From the IMG/VR virus record IMGVR_UViG_3300043570_001980, positions 124,001-188,000 of that record: a stretch of 64,000 nucleotides of DNA, one strand, 5' to 3'. This document shows positions 6,035 through 13,438 of the stretch, piece after piece. The position numbers and the translations under genes are program-made. Each line of letters starts with the position of its first letter. Position 1 is the stretch's first letter. A model generated the notes under the pieces. That model saw only the letters and a list, made by a program, of their open reading frames with translations. It searched no databases and was not told the origin of the DNA.

Positions 6035-6238
6035 TTATCTGGTTAGAATAGCGGCCTTTAGAGGTTCGATTCCGTCTCTTGGTACCAACAATGGATCAGG
6101 AATAAACTTAGGTTTGGATGTATTCAACAGTGGGTCAGGAACAAATACACGATGTGTACTATGGTAAGTTGGAGAAATATAAGACTGTTTTGCCGATTTC
6201 TCATACAATATGTCAGTAGATGTGTTACAATCAATCAT
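6035..6238 (-). CDS. Hypothetical protein (67 aa) with a F(V/I)PDPLL repeat
   Basis: TAAATA-cagt-ATG context; C-terminus reads antisense through the duplicated tRNA-Phe 3' end. Confidence 0.45.
   Translation of the reverse strand: MIDCNTSTDILYEKSAKQSYISPTYHSTHRVFVPDPLLNTSKPKFIPDPLLVPRDGIEPLKAAILTR
6063..6088 (+). repeat. Direct repeat of the tRNA-Phe 3' end (att-like scar)
   Basis: GGTTCGATTCCGTCTCTTGGTACCAA matches 5518-5543 at 25/26 positions. Confidence 0.85.
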
Positions 6239-6250
6239 ACTGTATTTAAA

Positions 6251-6327
6251 GCCCCGGTGACGGAATTGGTATACGTGTTGGTCTTAGAAGCCAAATTTTA
6301 GGAGTTCGAGTCTCCTCTGGGGCACCA
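6251..6327 (+). tRNA. tRNA-Leu(TAG), short variable loop
   Basis: CT-TAG-AA loop, Leu-type D arm, A73, 77 nt only. Confidence 0.88.
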
Positions 6328-6360
6328 ATTTAGCATATATAATAGAACAAAGGAAGCATC

Positions 6361-7140
6361 ATGAAGAGACTTTTTGTAATGCTTGTATTACTTGTTAGCA
6401 TACCCTCTTATGCATTTCCTAGCAATTCAAGCATTCTGGTATTGGATGTAAATTCCAACCACCCACGATATGTACATAATGGCGAGCAAGTTCGTTCTAT
6501 TGCCAGCATTACTAAATTAATGACTGCAATGGTAACCCTTGACTACGATAAAGATCTAAGTAGAAAACTTTTGCTCAGTAATCGTGTCACGAGCAGTTTA
6601 CCTAAACAATATTATACCAGACACGAGCTGTTAAATGCAATGTTGGTTCGCAGTGATAATGCCGCTGCCGAAACCATTGCTGAAGATTATCCTGGCGGTA
6701 GACACGCATTTGTTAAACAAATGAACCTACATGCCAAAATGTGGGATATGAACAATACTGCATTTATTGATCCAACTGGCCTGGGCGTGTTCAATGTCAG
6801 CACAGTATATGATGTGGCCAACATGATACAAACAGCATCCAGTTATTGGTTTATCAGAGAAACATCAGTTAAAAAGAATGTTGCCATTGCTACCCTAGCC
6901 AAAAAGAAAACACGAACTGTAAATTTAAACAATACCAATCAATCACTGTTATTTAAATTTGACAATATTGTAATCAGCAAAACTGGTCTTACCAGTGCCG
7001 CCGGTTGGTGTATGAGTTTGTTTGTAACGGAAAAAGACAAAGACTACATAATTGTAGTACTAGGAAGTAAAAACAAAAACGAAAGAACAGCTACAGTAAA
7101 GGACATCATGTATAGCCATGTACTTGATCCCAACTCGTAA
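6361..7140 (+). CDS. D-alanyl-D-alanine endo/carboxypeptidase (peptidase S11, PbpG/DacA-like)
   Basis: Signal peptide; SxxK (ASITK), SxN (SDN) and KTG motifs. Confidence 0.9.
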   Translation: MKRLFVMLVLLVSIPSYAFPSNSSILVLDVNSNHPRYVHNGEQVRSIASITKLMTAMVTLDYDKDLSRKLLLSNRVTSSLPKQYYTRHELLNAMLVRSDNAAAETIAEDYPGGRHAFVKQMNLHAKMWDMNNTAFIDPTGLGVFNVSTVYDVANMIQTASSYWFIRETSVKKNVAIATLAKKKTRTVNLNNTNQSLLFKFDNIVISKTGLTSAAGWCMSLFVTEKDKDYIIVVLGSKNKNERTATVKDIMYSHVLDPNS

Positions 7141-7151
7141 CCAAGGTAACC

Positions 7152-7622
7152 ATGAAAAAAATCAATCTAGAAGAAGTCAAGAGCTTTATTGAAGCACAAG
7201 GGCCAGATACTAAAATTTATCTAGGCTGTGACTCTGAACGTATGCGCATTGATGGTCAATGGCATGCTGACTATGTCTTGGCTGTTGTTGTACACATCAA
7301 CGGAAATAACGGTTGCAAGTTATTTGGTGAAGTACAACGTGAACGTGATTACGATCACAAAGTCCATAGGCCAGCAATGCGCCTTATGTCCGAAGTGTAT
7401 AAGGTCAGCGAGTTGTACCTAAAGCTAGCAGATGTACTTGAAGGTAGACAGGTTGAAGTACACTTAGACATTAACCCCGATGATCAATATGGATCTAGCT
7501 GTGTTATCAGCCAGGCCATTGGCTATATCAAAGGAACATGTAATGTTGTACCGTTTGTTAAACCCGATGCATTTGCTGCCAGCTATGCTGCCGATCGTTT
7601 CAAAAGTTTGAAAGTAGCCTAA
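7152..7622 (+). CDS. RNase H-like YkuK family protein
   Basis: KIYLGCDS...RLMSEV...EVHLDIN...KPDAFAASYAADR pattern. Confidence 0.75.
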   Translation: MKKINLEEVKSFIEAQGPDTKIYLGCDSERMRIDGQWHADYVLAVVVHINGNNGCKLFGEVQRERDYDHKVHRPAMRLMSEVYKVSELYLKLADVLEGRQVEVHLDINPDDQYGSSCVISQAIGYIKGTCNVVPFVKPDAFAASYAADRFKSLKVA

Positions 7623-7624
7623 GA

Positions 7625-7777
7625 ATGCCAATGTACGAAACCACTGTTAGAACACCGCAAGGTGAAGAGAAGAAAAGAATATATGCACAGGACGTAAAAG
7701 AAGCCAAAAAGCTTTTTGAACAACTGTATGGTGGACCAAGAGCAGTTCCGTACATTCCACATATGGTGCCAAGTTGA
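7625..7777 (+). CDS. Hypothetical protein (50 aa, not in the ORF track)
   Basis: MPMYETTVRTPQGEEKKRIYAQDVKEAKKLFEQLYGGPRAVPYIPHMVPS fills the gap between the YkuK gene and tRNA-Gly. Confidence 0.65.
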   Translation: MPMYETTVRTPQGEEKKRIYAQDVKEAKKLFEQLYGGPRAVPYIPHMVPS

Positions 7778-7778
7778 T

Positions 7779-7852
7779 GCGGGTATGGTGTAATGGTAAC
7801 CCGAAACCTTGCCAAGGTTTAGTTGAGAGTTCGATTCTCTCTGTCCGCTCCA
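7779..7852 (+). tRNA. tRNA-Gly(GCC)
   Basis: Cloverleaf, TT-GCC-AA, U73, CCA. Confidence 0.92.
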
Positions 7853-8544
7853 AGCTTCATTGACAATCGTTCAGCAAAAACTCGATGCCTGTCAATGCCC
7901 GGATGGCAAAGGTCTCTACCAAGTGAATTAGAGTAGCTTGATGTGAGTGCGTTAGCATTAACTGTAACACACTTGATTCCTTTGGCAGTACACAGCATTT
8001 GTATACCTAATGTATTTTTTTCAGTGTTGAAATAATTGTTATTTTCGTCTACTGTCCAAAGTTTAATAAACTCTTTTGTTGATGGATCTTCAATATCTAC
8101 ATTTTTAATATTATCGTTGGTTACCAGTTCACATCTTATGCCCGGAGGTTGCATAAAAATAACTGTGGTTGGATTAATTTTATCTAGCCATCCATGACAT
8201 AACCTAAATGCTGTATCAGCGGAGGAGCCGGCAATGCCAAGATTAACACATTGTAAATTTAGATTTGTTGATACTAACTCAGGCCAAATTAAGTCTACAG
8301 GTAACCCCATGCCCATTGTAAAACTACACCCAAGAAACATGATACTAGGTTTGTCAGTAAACTCTTTACACCTAAACCCATGTGAGTTAAATTCATATGT
8401 AAAGTGATTATCTATCCAGCCCTGTAGTACTAGATCACCGTGGCGTTTGTCAAGATTTTTCTTGTATAATTCTTCAGTGTCCATGGGCAACCAGTCTACA
8501 GTTTTGTTAGCAAGATTTTTATAAAAGGAATCATAATTAGGCAT
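7819..8544 (-). CDS. SGNH/GDSL-like hypothetical protein, antisense in the tRNA array
   Basis: FLGCSFTMG, NLGIAGSS and DLCHPG motifs; last codons overlap tRNA-Gly. Confidence 0.7.
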   Translation of the reverse strand: MPNYDSFYKNLANKTVDWLPMDTEELYKKNLDKRHGDLVLQGWIDNHFTYEFNSHGFRCKEFTDKPSIMFLGCSFTMGMGLPVDLIWPELVSTNLNLQCVNLGIAGSSADTAFRLCHGWLDKINPTTVIFMQPPGIRCELVTNDNIKNVDIEDPSTKEFIKLWTVDENNNYFNTEKNTLGIQMLCTAKGIKCVTVNANALTSSYSNSLGRDLCHPGIDRHRVFAERLSMKLGADRENRTLN

Positions 8545-8585
8545 GTTTTTATTTACACTAAAACTTTATCAATATTACAAATTCT

Positions 8586-8659
8586 GCTCTCATAGTATAA
8601 TGGCATTACACGCCCTTGGTAAGGGCGAAACACAAGTTCAATTCTTGTTGAGAGCACCA
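8586..8659 (+). tRNA. tRNA-Thr(GGT)
   Basis: Cloverleaf, TT-GGT-AA, CCA. Confidence 0.92.
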
Positions 8660-8662
8660 TAT

Positions 8663-8737
8663 CGGCCCTTGGTGAAATGGATATCATTCCAGGCTTCGAA
8701 CCTGGAGGTGGGAGTTCGATCCTCTCAGGGCCGGCCA
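8663..8737 (+). tRNA. tRNA-Arg(TCG)
   Basis: Cloverleaf, CCAGG-CT-TCG-AA-CCTGG, CCA. Confidence 0.9.
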
Positions 8738-8790
8738 TTATATTAGTCTTTAATATTAAATACACACATAACGTCATATATAAGGTTACC

Positions 8791-9225
8791 ATGCTACACT
8801 TTGTCCAATCATTCACAGATAACATCATTGAACTGCTCAAAGAAGATCCAGTTCGCCCTCACATCCCTACTAGTAGTCGCATAGGCACAAACAGAGATAT
8901 ATTTGTGCTTCGTGATGAAAATGGTAAAGCCAAAGCTATCACTTGTGCTAGCTATCAAAACATTATCCCGCTTGATGAAAGCGAATTATTTGAACCAGTT
9001 ACTGATCCTAGTGTAGTAGTTTTTTATACTATTTGGAGTTATGCACCCGGTGCAGGTCGTGAACTTATTCTAGACGCAGTCAAACACATAAGAGAAAACA
9101 AACCCAATATTAAAAGATTTGTTACTCTGAGTCCTCCCACAGAAATGGCTAAAAAATTCCATATTAAAAACGGTGCAAACACTTTTAGAATTAACAATTT
9201 GACTATCAATTACGAATACCCATGA
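8791..9225 (+). CDS. Hypothetical phage protein, GNAT-like fold suspected
   Basis: Start reassigned to ATG 8791 because the upstream extension overlaps a tRNA; FYTIWSYAPGAGRELI...FVTLSP...FHIKNGA. Confidence 0.65.
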   Translation: MLHFVQSFTDNIIELLKEDPVRPHIPTSSRIGTNRDIFVLRDENGKAKAITCASYQNIIPLDESELFEPVTDPSVVVFYTIWSYAPGAGRELILDAVKHIRENKPNIKRFVTLSPPTEMAKKFHIKNGANTFRINNLTINYEYP

Positions 9226-10397
9226 ACATCACCAACGAAGATGTTGTTAGGTACATTAGAACAAGTCAACAACCAACAGATTACAAAATAGTCTGTAGAA
9301 TTGGCGATGATTTGATATCCAACACTGATACGTTAAATTCGGCTGAATTAAAACAGTTTGTTTTTTCTACACTTGATACATTAACACAACATTTTGATTT
9401 TGGTACAAGTTTTGCACAGCCTGTGGCTATATTGTACCAAGAATACATCAGCGAAGAGTTAATGGTTTATCTGCATCAGTGGTTACGCACAAAATGTGCT
9501 GATATAGAAAACATCACTGTGGTGTTAGGTCAGAGTTTGGGAATGAAAGAATGGTGGAAAGAATGGTGTAGCATTTATCACGAAAAATCTTTTTTAATTG
9601 TTGAGTTGTCTTGGGCCTATTGCGAGTGTGCTTATCGTACTTGTTTTAGCCCGAGTGAATTTGTTAGTCATCCAGACATAGTCTCTGAAAAAAATAAAAT
9701 GATGCAATATCATTTTAGTTACTGGGCAGGTGGTACAAAACACTACAATGATAGATCATACATTGCCATGCGAGTATTGGAGTTTTTAGATTATTGTTTA
9801 TTTGATAGTCTGTATAAATTACCATCAAAACAACTGCTATTAGACTATGCAGAACAAATCACTTATTTTAAAAGTCAGGACACTATTGATTTAATATCAT
9901 CATTGTATGACACAAAAGTCAACAGCGATGGTGAGGTTAAAATAAAAAATATCAACAACAATACTGCAATTAAAAAAAGAGTTCAGCAATTTTGTTTTGT
10001 TGATAGTTTTACATGGAATAACAACCGCTGTTGCTTTGCTTCGGTGATCAGAGAAACAAAAAACAATGATTTACATCAAGAATTCACAGAGAAAACTATG
10101 AGAGCTTTTTGGCATCATTTGGTAGCTATACCTCTTTGTTATAATGCAGTAAGTAATTTAGAAGCACAAGGATTTTGGTTCCCGCATGACTTGATTGATT
10201 ACAGATATCAAGGAGTGCGTGATTTTCACGAAAGGGTATCATTGGCAATGCAATCAGTTAAAAAGTTAATTGCAGATCACAGCATTAATGATTTAAAAAA
10301 CTATTACAACAATCACACAGAACACTTTTATTACAATGCTAAATTAATAAAAGACTTAGGCGATGACTCGCAACGCCTACATCAAAAATACATTTAA
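9222..10397 (+). CDS. Glycosyltransferase-like protein, ET..TEK family
   Basis: ASVIRET...FTEKTMRAF...GFWFP motif. Confidence 0.55.
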   Translation: MNITNEDVVRYIRTSQQPTDYKIVCRIGDDLISNTDTLNSAELKQFVFSTLDTLTQHFDFGTSFAQPVAILYQEYISEELMVYLHQWLRTKCADIENITVVLGQSLGMKEWWKEWCSIYHEKSFLIVELSWAYCECAYRTCFSPSEFVSHPDIVSEKNKMMQYHFSYWAGGTKHYNDRSYIAMRVLEFLDYCLFDSLYKLPSKQLLLDYAEQITYFKSQDTIDLISSLYDTKVNSDGEVKIKNINNNTAIKKRVQQFCFVDSFTWNNNRCCFASVIRETKNNDLHQEFTEKTMRAFWHHLVAIPLCYNAVSNLEAQGFWFPHDLIDYRYQGVRDFHERVSLAMQSVKKLIADHSINDLKNYYNNHTEHFYYNAKLIKDLGDDSQRLHQKYI

Positions 10398-10405
10398 GGA
10401 TTAAC

Positions 10406-10654
10406 ATGGCAAGAATTACATCAGAAGATGCAGTAGAACAAGTTGGTAATCGATTTGATCTTGTGCTAATTGCAAGTCGCAGAGTTAGAGAACTTCGCAA
10501 CGGCTATCGCTCTCACATTGCTTCCACAAATGGAGCATTGGTTACTGCTCTTAAGGAAATTGAAACAGGACATGTGGGTAGAGAGTATTTGTTAAAACCT
10601 ACAGAAGTGAAAAATCCCGACCGTCGACCCAGACGTTCAGACAAAGTTTTTTAA
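10406..10654 (+). CDS. rpoZ: RNA polymerase omega subunit
   Basis: MARITSEDAVEQVGNRFDLVLIASRRVREL...ALKEI is the omega signature; AAGGA SD. Confidence 0.93.
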   Translation: MARITSEDAVEQVGNRFDLVLIASRRVRELRNGYRSHIASTNGALVTALKEIETGHVGREYLLKPTEVKNPDRRPRRSDKVF

Positions 10655-10657
10655 TGC

Positions 10658-10859
10658 AATAGTTAAAGGCGTGAGCGAAAGAAAGCCTAGCCAGCAGATC
10701 CTAACTACCAGGGAAGTGATCACCCATAGCCTACTGTAGCCGATATACTGGCCGAGCCAAGTGGCACTTGGTTGAACATGCTGATGGGAGTGTTACGGCA
10801 ACGCTGATACCGTTGATAAAACCTAATGCTTTAAACACAGGGTAGTGCCTTTAACTATT
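10658..10859 (+). ncRNA. Unidentified structured RNA H (~200 nt) after rpoZ
   Basis: AATAGTTAAAGGCG pairs with TGCCTTTAACTATT; GC-rich interior with hairpins; no ORF; strand assumed from context. Confidence 0.55.
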
Positions 10860-10876
10860 TTTTATTACAAAAACAG

Positions 10877-10905
10877 TTGACTGGTAACTCAAACAATTGT
10901 ATAAT
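10877..10905 (+). promoter_or_regulatory. Sigma70 promoter
   Basis: TTGACT-17 nt-TATAAT. Confidence 0.85.
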
Positions 10906-10926
10906 TTAAGTTAAAGAAAGGAGGGC

Positions 10927-11517
10927 ATGATGCCTAGTGTATTTTTAGTCAGCGACACGCACTTTGGTCACATGGGTGTCTGCCGCTTCACACGAGATGA
11001 CGGAGTTACAAAACTTCGTCCCTGGGATGATGCTGACGAAATGGATGAGGAAATGATCCGACGTTGGAACGACCGTGTGCGTCCCAGTGACAAGGTGTAT
11101 CACCTGGGCGATGTTGTTATCAATCGTCGAGCATTAAAGACATTACATCGATTAAACGGAGACAAGGTGTTGATCCGTGGAAACCATGATATCTTCCGCG
11201 ATGACGAATACAGAGAGTACTTTCGTGAACTTCGGGCATACCATGTGATGAACGGAATGATATTGAGTCATATCCCTATCCATACAGCAAGCCTGGGCAG
11301 ATTTGGTGTCAACATACATGGTCACCTTCATGCCAATCGTGTGATGATGGAACCTGTGGGCAAGTATGGCATCCCTGTAGTCGACGTTCGCTATCATTGT
11401 GTATGCGTGGAACAAACAGACTTTACACCTATCTTGTTTGAAGATGTGATCAAACGCATTGAGGCAGAAGGCGGTGTAGTTGGTTTTAAAAACGGCAACG
11501 GACCAAGTGTGGACTAA
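10927..11517 (+). CDS. Calcineurin-like metallophosphoesterase
   Basis: DTHFGH, GD, GNHD, SH and HGHLH motifs. Confidence 0.9.
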   Translation: MMPSVFLVSDTHFGHMGVCRFTRDDGVTKLRPWDDADEMDEEMIRRWNDRVRPSDKVYHLGDVVINRRALKTLHRLNGDKVLIRGNHDIFRDDEYREYFRELRAYHVMNGMILSHIPIHTASLGRFGVNIHGHLHANRVMMEPVGKYGIPVVDVRYHCVCVEQTDFTPILFEDVIKRIEAEGGVVGFKNGNGPSVD

Positions 11518-11518
11518 T

Positions 11519-11956
11519 ATGAAAGAAAAATTTATTCAAGCCTACATGGATGTTGCTAAAACATTTGCAGAACTCAGCCATGCTCGTAGATTACATGTGG
11601 GTGCTATTGTGGTCAAGGATGATAGAATTATCAGTATTGGCTACAATGGCATGCCTGCTGGTTGGGATAACAACTGTGAAGATGAGATTTGGGATAAAAC
11701 TGGTGATTATGAATTGAAAACAAAGCCAGAAGTACTTCACGCAGAAACCAACGCCATTGCAAAATTAGCCAAGAGCACAGAAAGCGGAGACGGTGCTGAT
11801 TTGTTTGTTACTCATGCTCCGTGCATTGAATGTGCCAAACTGATTTATCAATCCGGCATACGCAGAGTATTTTATGGCAAAGCATACCGAGATGATTCAG
11901 GCATAAAGTTTTTAGAGAAATCAGGAGTAACAGTCAATAAAACTGTTGACGTATAA
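11519..11956 (+). CDS. dCMP deaminase
   Basis: GYNG, HAE and PCxxC zinc motifs. Confidence 0.92.
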   Translation: MKEKFIQAYMDVAKTFAELSHARRLHVGAIVVKDDRIISIGYNGMPAGWDNNCEDEIWDKTGDYELKTKPEVLHAETNAIAKLAKSTESGDGADLFVTHAPCIECAKLIYQSGIRRVFYGKAYRDDSGIKFLEKSGVTVNKTVDV

Positions 11957-11964
11957 TCAATAAG

Positions 11965-12036
11965 TAAGAGTTATTGCTGTATGAAGCAAAGAGAAAAGTG
12001 TTCTGGACGGGGGTGCGAATCCCCCCAGGTCCACCA
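11965..12036 (+). ncRNA. ssrA: Two-piece (permuted) tmRNA, acceptor piece (5' end approximate)
   Basis: GGAC-GGGGG-TGCGAAT-CCCCC-CAGGTCC-A-CCA; pairs with downstream GGGCCTG giving G3-U70. Confidence 0.92.
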
Positions 12037-12047
12037 AAAGGATTTTT

Positions 12048-12173
12048 ATGTTTGAGAATTGGCATTGGGTTTATATGTGGGGCATCTTAGTTGTAGTCAA
12101 CTATATGTTTTGGATTATAAAAAGTCTTTTTGATGGGCCTGACCTAGATTCGACAGGGCAACAAGTAAATTAG
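12048..12173 (+). CDS. Putative 41-aa membrane micropeptide starting in the tmRNA intervening segment
   Basis: AAGGA SD 6 nt before ATG; MFENWHWVYMWGILVVVNYMFWIIKSLFDGPDLDSTGQQVN. Confidence 0.45.
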   Translation: MFENWHWVYMWGILVVVNYMFWIIKSLFDGPDLDSTGQQVN

Positions 12174-12316
12174 TGGACAGCTCGGCAATGCAGAAGCCGT
12201 AGGACAGGGGTAACCCGGTTGTAGAAGCAAAAAAAGTAAACGCAAACGACTCACAGTTCGCATTGGCAGCTTGATAAAAGCCGTCTAGGGTAAGACATAC
12301 CTCGTAACAGAAACTC
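12135..12316 (+). ncRNA. ssrA: Two-piece (permuted) tmRNA, coding piece; tag ANDSQFALAA
   Basis: GGGCCTGACCTAGATTCGAC 5' end; resume codon GCA at 12242; tandem stops TGA TAA at 12272-12277. Confidence 0.93.
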
Positions 12317-12317
12317 A

Positions 12318-12344
12318 GAGACCCGCTTCGGCGGGTTTTCTTTT
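12318..12344 (+). terminator. Intrinsic terminator after tmRNA
   Basis: GAGACCCGC-TTCG-GCGGGTTTT plus T tract. Confidence 0.9.
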
Positions 12345-12440
12345 GACCAAAATACCCCAAATTTTAATTGATGTTACCACAAACTCTAATACATAGTAGC
12401 GAATGATTTAAAGCTCATTCTCTTTTTAAGGAAAACAAAA

Positions 12441-12995
12441 ATGAAGAAAATTTTAGCAATTATTTCTATTGCGATCAGTAGCACAGCGTTTGCTGGTTCA
12501 ATTACAATTGAAGGCGGAAAAGGCGACACCATTGGCGGTAACGACCAAATGGGCACTAACTTTACATTGAGTGAAAGTATCAACAACACATTCAGTGTTC
12601 ACACGCAACTTGCATCTAGTCAGACTGATAACACAAATTCAGTTAGCACACGCTTAGAAGTCGGTGGTACTGCAACTACTCCATTGTTTGGTTCTGTCAA
12701 AGGTTATACCAAAGTAGCACTAGGCCAAAGATATGGCACTAGCGGTCAGTTTACATACTACTCTATTGAGCCTGGTATTGCTGTTCCTTTAACTCCTAGT
12801 CTAACAGCTAGAGTTGCTTACCGTTATCGCACAGCCACAGACAATGCCAATGTAAACAAAGACACTACTAATACAGTACGTGCTGGCGTAGCATATGCAA
12901 TCAACAAAAAGGATGCTGTGGGTTTTAGATTTGATAGAATCACCGGTGATTCACGTCAGAATGGTTACAATATGTTCTACACACGCAGTTTCTAA
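12441..12995 (+). CDS. Outer-membrane beta-barrel (porin-like) protein
   Basis: Signal peptide ending AFA, alternating beta-strand pattern, C-terminal YTRSF. Confidence 0.8.
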   Translation: MKKILAIISIAISSTAFAGSITIEGGKGDTIGGNDQMGTNFTLSESINNTFSVHTQLASSQTDNTNSVSTRLEVGGTATTPLFGSVKGYTKVALGQRYGTSGQFTYYSIEPGIAVPLTPSLTARVAYRYRTATDNANVNKDTTNTVRAGVAYAINKKDAVGFRFDRITGDSRQNGYNMFYTRSF

Positions 12996-13016
12996 TTTCT
13001 AGTAGATTAGATTAAA

Positions 13017-13043
13017 CAAGCCCACTAATTGGTGGGCTTTTTC
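13017..13043 (+). terminator. Intrinsic terminator
   Basis: AAGCCCACT-aatt-GGTGGGCTTTTT. Confidence 0.8.
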
Positions 13044-13081
13044 TTGACTGTGCATTCTTGTCTATGTTATACTAGTTGAGT

Positions 13082-13315
13082 ATGAAGTTAAATAGACAAG
13101 CAATAATCGAATGGACTGCTACCACAATTTCAATTGCTGGTGCGGTCTGCGTGTCTTTAGACTTTTATCCACTGGGTGCAATCATGTGTTTTTTAGAAAC
13201 CGGGTTGTGGTTGGCTGTTAGCATACAAATGCGTCACAAGTCAATGATCACATCCAATAGTGTATTGCTAACCATTTACACAGCTGGTATGTTATACAAA
13301 TATTATGTTGGATAA
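13082..13315 (+). CDS. Small membrane protein
   Basis: Three hydrophobic segments; TTGACT..TATACT promoter immediately upstream. Confidence 0.65.
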   Translation: MKLNRQAIIEWTATTISIAGAVCVSLDFYPLGAIMCFLETGLWLAVSIQMRHKSMITSNSVLLTIYTAGMLYKYYVG

Positions 13316-13345
13316 TGTTTGGCAAAAAACTTATTTTCCGTGACA

Positions 13346-13369
13346 AACTTGTGCGTGTACGCACAAGTT
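13346..13369. promoter_or_regulatory. Perfect 11-bp inverted repeat (operator-like)
   Basis: AACTTGTGCGT-gt-ACGCACAAGTT, 14 nt upstream of TTGACT at 13384. Confidence 0.5.
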
Positions 13370-13438
13370 CAGTTGATTTCTTGTTGACTGCATCAGTAGA
13401 AACACTATATACTACACTAGTTAATTTAAAGGAATATT

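Noticed and set aside
8677-8790. N-terminal extensions in the ORF track (also 5057-5098, 14400-14540, 19327-19506, 45663-45746, 46975-47127)
   Set aside because: They overlap tRNAs, promoters or upstream genes; better-supported downstream ATGs exist
12115-12360. 81-aa minus-strand ORF
   Set aside because: Antisense shadow of the tmRNA coding piece
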